NCBI GenBank assembly: GCA_965116875.1
Contig: OZ220733.1
Span: forward strand, 2,688,001 to 2,752,000
Reading direction: 5' to 3'
DNA: 64,000 nt
From: Candidatus Latescibacterota bacterium
GTDB lineage: Bacteria > Latescibacterota > UBA2968 > GCA-2709665
Positions 50,683-60,538 of the stretch are shown one piece after another (the first letter of the stretch is position 1; the number at the start of each line of letters is the position of its first letter). Below the pieces are notes generated by a model. It made no database searches. It saw nothing but the letters and a program-made list of their open reading frames with translations, and was not told the DNA's origin. The position numbers were made by a program, and so were the translations under genes.

Positions 50683-51654
50683 TCACCGGTTCTCGCGCCG
50701 GAGGTCCAGCCAGTCCAGTTCGTCCTGCGACAGCCGGATCTCCATCGCCTCCCGGTTCAGGCGGCCTTCCTCGACCGACCTGCAGCCCGACACCGTAAAG
50801 ACGTTCAGAGGCTGGTTGAAGAGGTACGCCAGTGCGATCTGCGCCACGGTCTTTCCGCGCTGGCCGGCGAGTTCGGTCGCGCGCTCCAGCCGTGCGAAGT
50901 TCTCTTCGTACCCATAGACCTGTGCGCAGCCTTGCGTCATTTCATTCGCCATCCCGGCGATGTTCTCGCGCGTCAGGAGACCGGAGAAGAACCCCTGCGC
51001 CAGGCTGGACCAGGAAAACACGGGCATCTGCGACTCACGGTACCACGCTCTTTCCTCGGTCCCGCCGCGACCCGAGATACTCAGGCAGCCCTCCCAGACC
51101 TCCTTCACGCGCACGGCCAGGCTGAAATTCGGGCTGCTGGCCACAAAGGGCATCAGGCCGTGGTTCTTCGCATAGAGGTTCGCTTCGCGGATCCGATTCA
51201 CCGTCCAGTTGGAGCCGCCGAAGGCACGGATGCGTCCTTCGGCGGTGTGCTCGTTGAGCGTCTCTACGAGCGGTCCCACCGGCACATCCGGATCGTCCCG
51301 GTGAAGCAGATAGAGGTCGATGTAATCCGTCCTGAGCCGCGCCAGGGAATCGTACAGGTCGGAGGCGACGTCGAACACGGTTACCCTGCGGCCGCGGTCC
51401 GCGTTTGGATGGCCGCCCTTGCTGAGAATGAATACATCGCTTCGATTGCCTCGCCGGTCCATCCAGGCGCCCAATGCCCGCTCCGCCTTGCCGTTACCGT
51501 ATACCGGCGCGGTATCGAAACTGTTGCAGCCCAGGGCCCGAATCCCGTCGAGCAAATCGATGCTCGCCTCGAGATCGTCCGTCGATACCATCAACGTGCC
51601 CTGGACCAGCCGCGAGACCGGTTTGTCGATTCCTTCGACGCGGCCGTATTTCAT
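50683..51654 (-). CDS. Aldo/keto reductase
   Basis: FDTAPVYG, LSKG, DYIDLYLLHRD, FGGSNW, WSSLAQG. Confidence 0.93.
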   Translation of the reverse strand: MKYGRVEGIDKPVSRLVQGTLMVSTDDLEASIDLLDGIRALGCNSFDTAPVYGNGKAERALGAWMDRRGNRSDVFILSKGGHPNADRGRRVTVFDVASDLYDSLARLRTDYIDLYLLHRDDPDVPVGPLVETLNEHTAEGRIRAFGGSNWTVNRIREANLYAKNHGLMPFVASSPNFSLAVRVKEVWEGCLSISGRGGTEERAWYRESQMPVFSWSSLAQGFFSGLLTRENIAGMANEMTQGCAQVYGYEENFARLERATELAGQRGKTVAQIALAYLFNQPLNVFTVSGCRSVEEGRLNREAMEIRLSQDELDWLDLRRENR

Positions 51655-51761
51655 GAGGGATCCATATTAAATATGATATGTTTTGTTATGTCGAAAAAGC
51701 GATCAGAGTAAGGCGCCCATTGCCCGGATATCGATATTCAATATCCGCACATCGACAGGGC

Positions 51762-51865
51762 GGGCAACCAAAAGGGTTGTCCCTACGCATTCAACAACGA
51801 CGCGGAAGGCAGAGGGTTCAATTCGTGGATGCCTGTTTATGTAGGGGCGTCCCTTGTGGGCGCCC
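51762..51865. repeat. Pair of GTAG-type REP elements
   Basis: gggcaaccaaaagggttgtccctac (51762-51786) and gtaggggcgtcccttgtgggcgccc (51841-51865). Confidence 0.78.
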
Positions 51866-51877
51866 GCCTTCCCGAAT

Positions 51878-52864
51878 TCATTCCATCGGAAATTTCAACC
51901 CGATCTGGTCGCGGATGGTATCCATGGTTCCCATGATATCGACGGTCTCATCCAGCGGGATCTCCTCGCTTTCAAGTTTCCCCTCGCGGAGATAACGGCC
52001 GACCGCTTCCGCCTGGCAGTTGTACCCGTTCCCGTCGTATGGGCGCTCGACGACCTCCTCTTTGCCGTCCCGCACCAGCGTCGCGGTGGTCCCGCGCCAG
52101 TATGGCGGATGAATGCGGATCATCCCATCGGTACCCATGATGTGCGCCCAGTGAGACGTGCTGCACTGGATGGACGTATACAGCATGGCCATGGCTCCCG
52201 CGTCGTATCCGAGCATCATCCCGGCCTGTTCGTCTACCTCCAACTCGCCGATGTGCCCCATGCTCAAAACGCGCGACGGTCTGCGTCCGAACACCATGGA
52301 AGCAAATGACAGCGAATAGATGCCCACGTCCATCAGCGCCCCGCCGCCCAGGGCCGGGTCATAGAGGCGGGACTTTGTCCTTCCGGGACGGGAGCCGAAC
52401 CCGAAGTCCGCCGAAACCATGCGGACGTCGCCGATGGCGCCGTCGCGCAGCCACTGCCTCACATGGTACATGATCGGCAGGAAGCGCGTCCACATGGCCT
52501 CCATCAGAAAGAGGCCCTCCTCCCGGGCAACCGTGACGATGCCGGCGGCTTCCGGACGATTGATCGCGAACGGTTTCTCGCACAGAACGGGTTTGCCCGC
52601 CCTCAGACACAGGATACTGTTCTCCCTGTGCAGGGAATGCGGCGTTGCAACGTAGATGACGTCCACGTCCGGGTCGTTCGCCAGGGCTTCATAACTCGGG
52701 TGCCGACGGGGAATGCCGAATTCGTCTCCGAATGCATCGGCAGCCTGTTGGGTCCGCGAACCCACGGCGACCGGCTCCGCGTCCCCAACCGCCTCCAGGC
52801 CCTTCACGAACGACCGTGCAATGGCCCCCGTGCTCAGGATGCCCCATCGGATTCTTTCGTCCAT
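51878..52864 (-). CDS. Gfo/Idh/MocA oxidoreductase (dihydrodiol dehydrogenase-like)
   Basis: RWGILSTGAIA, VLCEKP, MEAMWTRF, GGGALMDVGIY. Confidence 0.93.
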   Translation of the reverse strand: MDERIRWGILSTGAIARSFVKGLEAVGDAEPVAVGSRTQQAADAFGDEFGIPRRHPSYEALANDPDVDVIYVATPHSLHRENSILCLRAGKPVLCEKPFAINRPEAAGIVTVAREEGLFLMEAMWTRFLPIMYHVRQWLRDGAIGDVRMVSADFGFGSRPGRTKSRLYDPALGGGALMDVGIYSLSFASMVFGRRPSRVLSMGHIGELEVDEQAGMMLGYDAGAMAMLYTSIQCSTSHWAHIMGTDGMIRIHPPYWRGTTATLVRDGKEEVVERPYDGNGYNCQAEAVGRYLREGKLESEEIPLDETVDIMGTMDTIRDQIGLKFPME

Positions 52865-52936
52865 CTCTTCATCCTCTCTGTGATTCCCATGATCGTCGGG
52901 TTCTCGCGAACGGCCACGACGGAAGGACGGAAACGA

Positions 52937-54793
52937 TCATCCGCCGGCGCCGGGGGGTGTTCCGTCATCGTCCGCGGCCAGTACGCGGGGCGCCAGCTTC
53001 TCCAGCTGCGCCAACGGCTCCTCCAGGCTGCGGATCGCCTGCACCCAGAAGTCGGGCTGTTCGAGGTCGCTGTCGAGACTTCGCTTCGCCACGTTCTCCG
53101 CAGTGTCGCTGCCCGTCAACCGCAGAAAGCGCTCGTAACGGGGCAGGAAGTCCGGGCCCTCCCTCCTGAACATGGCATAGAGCCCCCGGCTCAACAGATA
53201 GCCGAATGTATACGGAAAATTGTAAAACGTGACTCCTGTAATGTAGAAATGCAGCTTGGATGCCCAGAACAAGGGGTCCTCTTCCCCCTCCTGCAGCACG
53301 TCGCCGAGTACTTCGCGCTGCTTGCCGGTCATCAGCGCTTTCAGCTGAGACACACTCAACTCTCCGCTGCCGCGCTCCTCGTACAGGGCTTTTTCGAACT
53401 CGAACCGGACCGGAATGTCCAACAGATAGGTGCCCCCGTGGCCCACCTCCGAATCCAGGACCACGGCCTTCTGCAACGCATCCACGTCCGGGTCCGAAAG
53501 GACGCCGTCGGCCAGAATCATCTCGGCGAAGGTGGAGGCGGACTCCGCCAGCGTCATCGGGTAATGCCTTGCAAACGGCCGCAAGTCGCGCATCACGTGG
53601 CTGTGAAACGCGTGCCCGGCCTCGTGCGCGAGCGTCAACGTGTCTCCCATGGTGCGGTTGTACGTCATGAAGATCCGCGACTCGGAGATCATCGGCGATC
53701 CCGTGCAAAAACCGCCGGGACGCTTTCCCGCGCGCGGTTCATAGTCGATCCACCGCCTGTCGTACATATCCCGGGTAAAGCTCCCCAGGGCCGGGTAAGC
53801 CGTGGCGAATGCGCCCTGTACCAGGGATTTGCCCTCATCCCAATCCATGGGCGACACGTCGGGAAAGGGCAGGGGGGCGCCAAGGTCGAACCAGGCCACG
53901 TTTTCCAGGCCCATCGCCGTCGCCCTGAAGCGCTGGATCCGGCGCCCCACCTCGATTTCGGAAAAAATCGCGTCGAACATCGCATCCAGCGTCTTTCGCG
54001 AAATCGCGGACTGGAACAGGGCCACCTCGAGAAAATGCGGGACCTCGCGGTAGCGATTCATGGTCAGCCGCGTGCCGGATATTGCGTTCAGCGCTGCCGC
54101 CGCCACGTCTTCCACGCTTTCCCACGCGGCGTTGCCCCCGTCGAACGCAGCCCGCCGGACCCGCCGGTCCGGATTCTCCATCAGCGACCGGCGCTGGGAG
54201 ACGGGCACCCTCTCCTCCCGTCCGTCGGGAAACCGCATATCGAATTCCAGCTTTCCGGACAGGGTATCGTAAAGCCGGCCCCACGCCGAGATACCGTCCA
54301 CCCTCAGGTCGGCCGCCAGCGCCTCGCGCGCCGAATCCATGGTATACTTGGCCTCGCGGCGCATCCGGCCCAGAAGGTACCCCGCGTCCGAAAGCGACTC
54401 CCGGCCCGCGAGCGCCTCGAAGCTGCCGTCGGACGCCGTCTTCAATCCCCTCAGCAGCTCCGTCTGAAGCTTGGTGGCCTCGGCGTATTGCAGCGTCAAC
54501 GCGGCCTCTTCCTTCAGATACGCCTCGTTTCGCGCGTCGGCAGCCGTCAGACATCCCACGTAGGAGGCCACGTGACGCAGCCGTGTAAAAAGGTCCTCGC
54601 TTCGGAGGAAGATTTCCTCCCAGGTTTCAACATTACCCTCGTCCAGCGGCTCCAGATCCTTTGCCGTATCCAGCAGATCCCGTGTATCCGTCTCCAGGGC
54701 ATTCTTGAACTTCACCATCTCCGGCCCGTTGAACGCCGGGAAATAGCTCGACAGATCCCAGTTCATTTCCGTTTCCGGTGCAGTCTCCACCAT
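52937..54793 (-). CDS. pepF: M3-family oligoendopeptidase F
   Basis: WDLS, GKRPGGFC, HEAGH, LAESASTF, FYNFPYTFG. Confidence 0.9.
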   Translation of the reverse strand: MVETAPETEMNWDLSSYFPAFNGPEMVKFKNALETDTRDLLDTAKDLEPLDEGNVETWEEIFLRSEDLFTRLRHVASYVGCLTAADARNEAYLKEEAALTLQYAEATKLQTELLRGLKTASDGSFEALAGRESLSDAGYLLGRMRREAKYTMDSAREALAADLRVDGISAWGRLYDTLSGKLEFDMRFPDGREERVPVSQRRSLMENPDRRVRRAAFDGGNAAWESVEDVAAAALNAISGTRLTMNRYREVPHFLEVALFQSAISRKTLDAMFDAIFSEIEVGRRIQRFRATAMGLENVAWFDLGAPLPFPDVSPMDWDEGKSLVQGAFATAYPALGSFTRDMYDRRWIDYEPRAGKRPGGFCTGSPMISESRIFMTYNRTMGDTLTLAHEAGHAFHSHVMRDLRPFARHYPMTLAESASTFAEMILADGVLSDPDVDALQKAVVLDSEVGHGGTYLLDIPVRFEFEKALYEERGSGELSVSQLKALMTGKQREVLGDVLQEGEEDPLFWASKLHFYITGVTFYNFPYTFGYLLSRGLYAMFRREGPDFLPRYERFLRLTGSDTAENVAKRSLDSDLEQPDFWVQAIRSLEEPLAQLEKLAPRVLAADDDGTPPGAGG

Positions 54794-54804
54794 ACGTCAA
54801 ATCC

Positions 54805-55944
54805 TCAAGGTTCGAGTTTCACGCCCAGAATCCTTGCCGCGGTTCCCCCCATGATCATCCGCAGTTCGTCCGCGCTCAAGAACGCGCAGTAATTCTCAAT
54901 CCACCGCCTCGACTGCCTGTACGTACAGAACCGGTTCTGGAACGGCATATCCGTGCCCCAGTTCAGGTGGTCCGCGCCCACGTTGGCGACCATGGCCTCC
55001 AGCACCGGCCGCGCCTCCCGGTACGGAAAGTCGAACCAGTCTCCGATTCGAACCGGGAAGCAGACCTCGAGATTGCAGTTCGGGTTCTCGAACGGCAGCC
55101 AGATCTCCCGCGGCATCGGCTGGAATTCACCGTCCGAGACGAACGCACGCCAGGGAAATCCGTGCGTCAGGTTCACGATCGTATTGGGATAGCGTTCCAT
55201 CCAGCGGACCAGGACCTTCTGCTCGTCCAGGTAGCCCTGACGGGCGCCGTCCGGCGTCATCCGGCGCGTCACGTCGCCCGGTCCGGACCCAAGCGTAAAG
55301 AAAACCGGCACGCCGAACGAGGTTGCCGCATCCCAGAACGGCCGGCAGGATGCCGCGTCCCACGGTTCGGTGGCGCCGAAGTAGGCCGGCCGGGCGTTGA
55401 ACTTGATCGCATGGAGTCCATGGTCCTGAATGGCTGTCCGGAGTTCCTCAATGACCGCGTCCGTCTCGGTCCGGATGCGCCACTCGTCCACGGGCGCCAT
55501 GGACCGGAGCCGGTCCGGGTATTGACGCACGCAGCCGGCGAGGAATTCGCTGTTGCGGGTCAGCATCGGGTTCGTGTGGATGAGCGCCATGTCCACGTCC
55601 GCGTAATCCATCTCCGCGATCAGGCTGTGCGGCGTGAATTCCAGGTTCCTCAAATTGGGCGGATAGAACTGTTTCGTATAATCCTCCCCGTCGATCGTCC
55701 AGACGACCCGCCCTTTGCGGCCGTCCACGCGGAAGTTCACGTCGGGCAGATCGCTCCAGGACTCGTAATCCGTCGGGATCAGTCCGTCCGAAGTCGCCGC
55801 CGCCCGGTCCCGCACGCGCCAGGCCGGCTGATGGTGCAGGCCCTGGGCCTCCTGGACCCATTTCAGGTGCGCCGCGCTGTCTTCGAACCCGGCCGGATCG
55901 TCCCCCGGCTCGAAACAATAGGCGTGGGAATCAAATATCATCAA
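54805..55944 (-). CDS. Amidohydrolase family 2 protein
   Basis: DSHAY, LTHG, WGTDMP. Confidence 0.85.
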   Translation of the reverse strand: MMIFDSHAYCFEPGDDPAGFEDSAAHLKWVQEAQGLHHQPAWRVRDRAAATSDGLIPTDYESWSDLPDVNFRVDGRKGRVVWTIDGEDYTKQFYPPNLRNLEFTPHSLIAEMDYADVDMALIHTNPMLTRNSEFLAGCVRQYPDRLRSMAPVDEWRIRTETDAVIEELRTAIQDHGLHAIKFNARPAYFGATEPWDAASCRPFWDAATSFGVPVFFTLGSGPGDVTRRMTPDGARQGYLDEQKVLVRWMERYPNTIVNLTHGFPWRAFVSDGEFQPMPREIWLPFENPNCNLEVCFPVRIGDWFDFPYREARPVLEAMVANVGADHLNWGTDMPFQNRFCTYRQSRRWIENYCAFLSADELRMIMGGTAARILGVKLEP

Positions 55945-55957
55945 AACGCTCCTCTAC

Positions 55958-56758
55958 CTATGCCGCGACCTGGTCGGGCATCAATGCGCCGTCACCGAAG
56001 ATCATCGAAAACGACGACTTTCGACTGGAACGGGTTCGCGCGTCGATATAGCAGACACTGAACGCCCGCCTGGGAATATCCATCCGGTTTACCCCCGACC
56101 GGTGCAGCAACCAGTTGTGCAGGATCACGACCTCGCCCGGCTCCATCGTCAGGTCGACGATCCCGTCTTCGGGACAGTATATCCGTTCCTGTTCGTCCGT
56201 AATGGTATGTCCCTGCTCGCTCAGAATCCCCAGTTGATGGGAACCCGGCACCACCTGTACGCAACCGTTTTCAGTGGTGGCCGGGTCCAGCGCCGTCCAG
56301 ACCGTGACCAGCGGGTCCCGGTCCAGGTGCCACGAACCCCCGCCGTCCTGATGCCACGGCAGGTCCGAGCCCTGCTGCGCCGGTTTGTTCATGAACATGG
56401 CCCGGAAACAGGCGATCGAGGCATGGGCGCCGTAGACGTACGCGCAGGTCTCCCTGAAAACGGGTTTCATCATGTAGGCCAGAAACAACGTGTCGAACTC
56501 GAGTCCCTGGATCTTCCGGTAACCCAGACTCGCGCCCTGATGGCCGATTCCGCCGCCCTTCACCTCCTCGTATCGGTCGGTGTTCGTATCCAGTTGCATC
56601 GTCAGACGGTTGTAATCCAGCGGCGCCCGGCCCAGCATGATTTCGTCGATCCGTTGCTGCAGCCCCGCCAGTTCCCCGCTGCTGCACTGTGTGCCGATTT
56701 TGAGGAAACCGTTCCGGTGGTAATCGTTCCACTGCTCCTGCGTGATGATCCGCTGCAT
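55958..56758 (-). CDS. Phytanoyl-CoA dioxygenase (PhyH) family protein
   Basis: WHQD, WTALD..ENGC..VPGSH, LLHRSG.N..RR. Confidence 0.92.
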   Translation of the reverse strand: MQRIITQEQWNDYHRNGFLKIGTQCSSGELAGLQQRIDEIMLGRAPLDYNRLTMQLDTNTDRYEEVKGGGIGHQGASLGYRKIQGLEFDTLFLAYMMKPVFRETCAYVYGAHASIACFRAMFMNKPAQQGSDLPWHQDGGGSWHLDRDPLVTVWTALDPATTENGCVQVVPGSHQLGILSEQGHTITDEQERIYCPEDGIVDLTMEPGEVVILHNWLLHRSGVNRMDIPRRAFSVCYIDARTRSSRKSSFSMIFGDGALMPDQVAA

Positions 56759-56830
56759 AAGGATATCCCCCGGTGTAAACTGAATAAACGCTCGAATCCG
56801 AGCGGTTGATTCGGCAGGTAAAATCCGACG

Positions 56831-58405
56831 TTACGTAGCCATTGCCAGCCGGTCACGCACGACCTGCTTTCGGATCTTGCCAACGGACGTCCTTGGCAGC
56901 GCATCCACGAATTCGATCCTGTCGGGGACCTTGAACGCCGCGAGCCGTTTCGCACAATAGGTACGTAACGCATCCTCGCATAGATCCGCACCCGCTTTCG
57001 GAACGACCGCCGCGACGACCCGTTCGTCCCGAATCTCATCGGGAAGGCCCACCACGCAGACGTCCACAACGCCCACGAACTCCTGAATGACCCCTTCCAC
57101 TTCGATACTGGAGATATTCTCTCCCGCCCGCCTGATCAAGTCCTTGCCGCGGTCCATAAAATACAGAAATCCGTCTCCATCCGCCCGTACTGTATCCCCG
57201 GAATACAGCCAGGTCCCGTCCGGTCCGTTTCGCAGGGTTTCGGCAGTTGCCCCCGGATTCTTCAGATATCCCAGCATGATCGTTCTTCCGGGGATCCCCT
57301 TTACAATTACCTCGCCCGGCGCGCCGGCATCGACCTCCCGATCCTGTTCGTCAACCACCTTCACTTCGTAACCCCGCACAGGCTTTCCCATTGCCACGAG
57401 GTTGCGTTCGCCCGTCAACGGACTCATGACGGGCAGCCCGCAGGTTTCGGTCATTCCCCACAACTGCTGCAGGGACGCTCTGAATCTCCGATGCCAGGTT
57501 GCGTACTGGGCCGAGGTCAGATTCTGAGCGAAGGTGACGTTGCGGATCCCGTGTGCAGCGTCGGTCCTTCGCTCCGGCTGGTTCAGCAGCATCCGCAGCA
57601 ATGCCCCGAACAGGGCGGCCATGGTGCAACCGTATTCAATGGCCTGCTCGAAGAACCGGCTTGCGCTGAAACGGGACATCACGGCCACACTCGCGCCGGT
57701 TGCAAGACACGGCCACAACGCGTGGCATTGCGCCCCGGCGTGAAAGAGGGGAAGCGCCAACAGGTGCCGGTCGTCACGTCGCAGACCCGAACCCGCGGCG
57801 AACACTTCCGCGCCATAGACGAAATTGGCATTGGTCAGCATCACGCCCTTGGGCCGCGAAGTTGTACCGGACGTATAGAGGAGTTGCACCACGCGTTCCG
57901 CCCGTCCGTGCCCTTTCGGCGGCTCGACGCTCTGCCCGGACAGCGCTTCTTCATAGACCGGGTATCCGCCGGGCAACGCATCTCCCGTATCACACACGAC
58001 GCTAGGGATTCCCGAATGCGCCGCAACTTCGTCCGTCACCTCCAGGCATGCCGCTTCCGTAAATATCGCCTTGCTTTCCGAATGGGCGACCAGGTACGCC
58101 AGTTCGTCCGTTGTCGAGGCCGGATTCGTGGGCATCACCGTGGCCCCCAGGTACGATGCGGCAAGGATCAGCTGTGCGCAGGCCGGATGGTTGGACAGGT
58201 GCAGATTGAAGACGTCTCCCGCGCGGATTCCCAGTTCACGCAACAGATTGGCCGCCTGATGGATGCTCTCCAGGAACGCGGCATAAGACCACCGGAATAC
58301 CCGCCCGTCTCCCCGTTCGTACACCATCCACTCCCGGTCCGGCTGCTTCCCGGCAAAACCCGCGAAATCGCCGTAGAGCGTCCGGTCCGCCGCAACGTCG
58401 ATCAT
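56831..58405 (-). CDS. Acyl-CoA synthetase (CaiC crotonobetaine/carnitine-CoA ligase-like)
   Basis: YTSGTTSRPKG, WGMTE, YSGD, DRGKD..RRAGENIS, PRTSVGK. ATG 58405 overlaps the enoyl-CoA hydratase stop. Confidence 0.9.
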   Translation of the reverse strand: MIDVAADRTLYGDFAGFAGKQPDREWMVYERGDGRVFRWSYAAFLESIHQAANLLRELGIRAGDVFNLHLSNHPACAQLILAASYLGATVMPTNPASTTDELAYLVAHSESKAIFTEAACLEVTDEVAAHSGIPSVVCDTGDALPGGYPVYEEALSGQSVEPPKGHGRAERVVQLLYTSGTTSRPKGVMLTNANFVYGAEVFAAGSGLRRDDRHLLALPLFHAGAQCHALWPCLATGASVAVMSRFSASRFFEQAIEYGCTMAALFGALLRMLLNQPERRTDAAHGIRNVTFAQNLTSAQYATWHRRFRASLQQLWGMTETCGLPVMSPLTGERNLVAMGKPVRGYEVKVVDEQDREVDAGAPGEVIVKGIPGRTIMLGYLKNPGATAETLRNGPDGTWLYSGDTVRADGDGFLYFMDRGKDLIRRAGENISSIEVEGVIQEFVGVVDVCVVGLPDEIRDERVVAAVVPKAGADLCEDALRTYCAKRLAAFKVPDRIEFVDALPRTSVGKIRKQVVRDRLAMAT

Positions 58406-59154
58406 CGGTCCTTCTTCCGTGCCATGAACGCCGCCATGTTTGCGCGGGCCTCCTCTGTTTCGAAACAGGCTTCGAACGCTTCGGATGCGGCGGCGTCCCA
58501 CCTTGCGTCGCGAGCGGAGGATATCCGGTTCAGCAGGCGCCTGGTCTCTCTCAATGCCGCCGGAGGAAACGACGCGAGGCGCAACGCAAACGTCCGGACA
58601 CGGTCGCGCAACGCGTCGTCGGCGACGCATTCGTGCACCAGTCCCAGACCCTTCGCCTCCTCGCCGGTCACCGTTTCGCAGCCCATCGCGATCCACCGCG
58701 CGGCCGCCCCGCCGGCCGCGTCGACCAGCCGTCCCAGCCCCCAGGGCGGCGTCCATCCCAATTCCACCTCCGGCATCCCCAGCCTTGCCGATTCCGATGC
58801 GATCCGGAAGTCATGGTACGCCGCGAGTCCCACCCCGCCACCCAGGACGTGGCCGTGCAGCATCGCGATCGAAGGCTGCTGAATGTCATCCAGTTTGGCG
58901 AATGCATCCGCATGCAACCGTTCCGCCTCCGCGGCCCCCTCAGCAGTCAACGGCGCCAGCTCTTTCAGATCGCTGCCGGCGCAAAACGCCCGGCCCGCGC
59001 CGCCCGTCACCACAACCCGCACGTCTTTGCGACCGCGGATCCCGTCGAGGTGGCCGCCGAACGCGCGCACACTGTCAAGATCCATCGCATTCAGCACTTC
59101 GGGCCGGTTCAACGTCAGCCACGCGATTCCGTTTTCGATCGTCAGGTCGATCAT
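58402..59154 (-). CDS. Enoyl-CoA hydratase/isomerase family protein
   Basis: LNRPEVLNA, FCAGSDL, LGGG, GMPEVELG. Confidence 0.92.
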   Translation of the reverse strand: MIDLTIENGIAWLTLNRPEVLNAMDLDSVRAFGGHLDGIRGRKDVRVVVTGGAGRAFCAGSDLKELAPLTAEGAAEAERLHADAFAKLDDIQQPSIAMLHGHVLGGGVGLAAYHDFRIASESARLGMPEVELGWTPPWGLGRLVDAAGGAAARWIAMGCETVTGEEAKGLGLVHECVADDALRDRVRTFALRLASFPPAALRETRRLLNRISSARDARWDAAASEAFEACFETEEARANMAAFMARKKDR

Positions 59155-59167
59155 TTAACGTAAGACC

Positions 59168-59240
59168 GGATTTTACATGGATGGACAGGAAAAAAACCAC
59201 CATACAACATCACACTGACCAATCAGATTCCGCATTTCTT
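59168..59240 (+). repeat. Internally deleted copy of the 'ATCCTGT' repeat element
   Basis: acatggatggacagga and atcacactg..attccgcatt match the two ends of 43031-43180. Confidence 0.55.
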
Positions 59241-59333
59241 CTACCGTCTTCCCTCTACCCTCTACCCGCTTTCAGGCTCTTTGTGGCCAATTTGATGGTT
59301 GTTTTTTTGATTCGAGGTTAAATCATGCACGTC

Positions 59334-59828
59334 CTATACGTGTTTTTTCGGATAATCGTACGACACCGTCCTGCCGATGCCGACCGCAATGCTCGCCCAG
59401 GAGTCAACCTCCAGATCCACGCAAAAGACGGCGCACGTTGGCATATAAACGCTGGAATCCGAAGCCAGGTAGCCGGCCAGGTCCGAGAAGCCCGGATTGT
59501 GGCCCACCATGATCACCTCGTCGCAAGCGTCCGGGATCTTCCGCACGACGGCAAGCAGGTCGTACAGGCTCGCATCGTAGATCGTCATTTCCTTGACGAT
59601 CTTTCCGGCAGGGAAGCCCACTGCCTTCGCGATCTCGCGGGCTGTCTTGACGGCACGTCGTGCGGGACTGGAGACGATCATATCCGGATGCGCGCCGCCT
59701 TTTTTCAAACGCGCGCCCATAAACGGCGCGTCCCGTTTGCCCCGCTTGTTCAACGGGCGTTCGAAATCGCCAAGCGCCGGATCGCTCCAACTGGACTTTG
59801 CGTGTCGAATCACATATAGCCGCTTCAT
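59334..59828 (-). CDS. SixA-like histidine phosphatase
   Basis: RHAKSSW, DFERPLNKRG, SSPARRA, VGHNP. Confidence 0.92.
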   Translation of the reverse strand: MKRLYVIRHAKSSWSDPALGDFERPLNKRGKRDAPFMGARLKKGGAHPDMIVSSPARRAVKTAREIAKAVGFPAGKIVKEMTIYDASLYDLLAVVRKIPDACDEVIMVGHNPGFSDLAGYLASDSSVYMPTCAVFCVDLEVDSWASIAVGIGRTVSYDYPKKHV

Positions 59829-59847
59829 AGGTTAACGCCTCCAAAGC

Positions 59848-59924
59848 CAGGAGAGAGGAAAGAGGAGTGAGGAGTGAAGAGCGAGGAGAGAGAAAAGAGG
59901 AGTGAGGAGTGAGTAAAGATAAAA
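59848..59924 (+). repeat. Tandem heptamer array (11 units, consensus about GAGGAGW), inverted relative to the 45-bp arrays
   Basis: caggaga gaggaaa gaggagt gaggagt gaagagc gaggaga gagaaaa gaggagt gaggagt gagtaaa gataaaa. Confidence 0.9.
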
Positions 59925-59973
59925 AGCGGATCGGGAAACGCGAAAGGAAAGAGGACTGAGAGGCCTTTGCCTC

Positions 59974-60145
59974 GCCTTCTCTCTTATCTCACTACTCTCC
60001 GCTCTCTCCTCGCCTTTTGCCTTCTCTCTTATCTCACTACTCTCCGCTCTCTCCTCGCCTTTTGCCTTCTCTCTTATCTCACTACTCTCCGCTCTCTCCT
60101 CGCCTTTTGCCTTCTCTCTTATCTCACTTCTCTACACTCTCTCCT
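59974..60145. repeat. 45-bp tandem repeat array (~3.8 units) abutting the stop codon of the four-helix-bundle gene
   Basis: Unit cgccttttgccttctctcttatctcactactctccgctctctcct at 60011, 60056 and 60101 (variant). Confidence 0.95.
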
Positions 60146-60502
60146 CTACTTCTCTGCCCTGTTCCTGCGACGCATCGTCGTTAACATCCGACTCACTTCG
60201 TCCAGCAGCGATCGTAGTGTCTGGGTCTCCTTCGTTGGGAACCAACCCAGATCTTCGCATAGTGTCAGCAAGGTTTCCGTCTCGGCTAGGGACCCCTGAG
60301 CGATTGCCAGAAAATTCGCTTTGTCCTTCGTTGTCTCCCGCGTCCAACCCTCCGCGATGTTCGCTGGAATCGAGACTGCCGAGCGCGTGATCTGAGAGCG
60401 CATTCCGTAGGTCTCTTCCCGAGGCAGTCGGGGCGTCAGACGATACACTTCGCGTGCTGCCTCCATCGCCTTCCGCCACAGAATCGTCTCTCGATAGTGC
60501 AT
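60146..60502 (-). CDS. Four-helix bundle protein (23S rRNA IVP / Avd-like family)
   Basis: WRKAM..A..VY, P.EETYG..SQITRSAVSIPANIAEG, FL.IAQGSLAETET. Confidence 0.95.
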   Translation of the reverse strand: MHYRETILWRKAMEAAREVYRLTPRLPREETYGMRSQITRSAVSIPANIAEGWTRETTKDKANFLAIAQGSLAETETLLTLCEDLGWFPTKETQTLRSLLDEVSRMLTTMRRRNRAEK

Positions 60503-60538
60503 GCTCAGTTCCTTCCCCCTCCCGCCTCGACTTCCCCC

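Noticed and set aside
60146-60502. Diversity-generating retroelement (Avd-like gene)
   Set aside because: No reverse transcriptase in the window and no TR/VR pair with adenine-specific mismatches. The 53-bp and 65-bp repeats differ at mixed bases.
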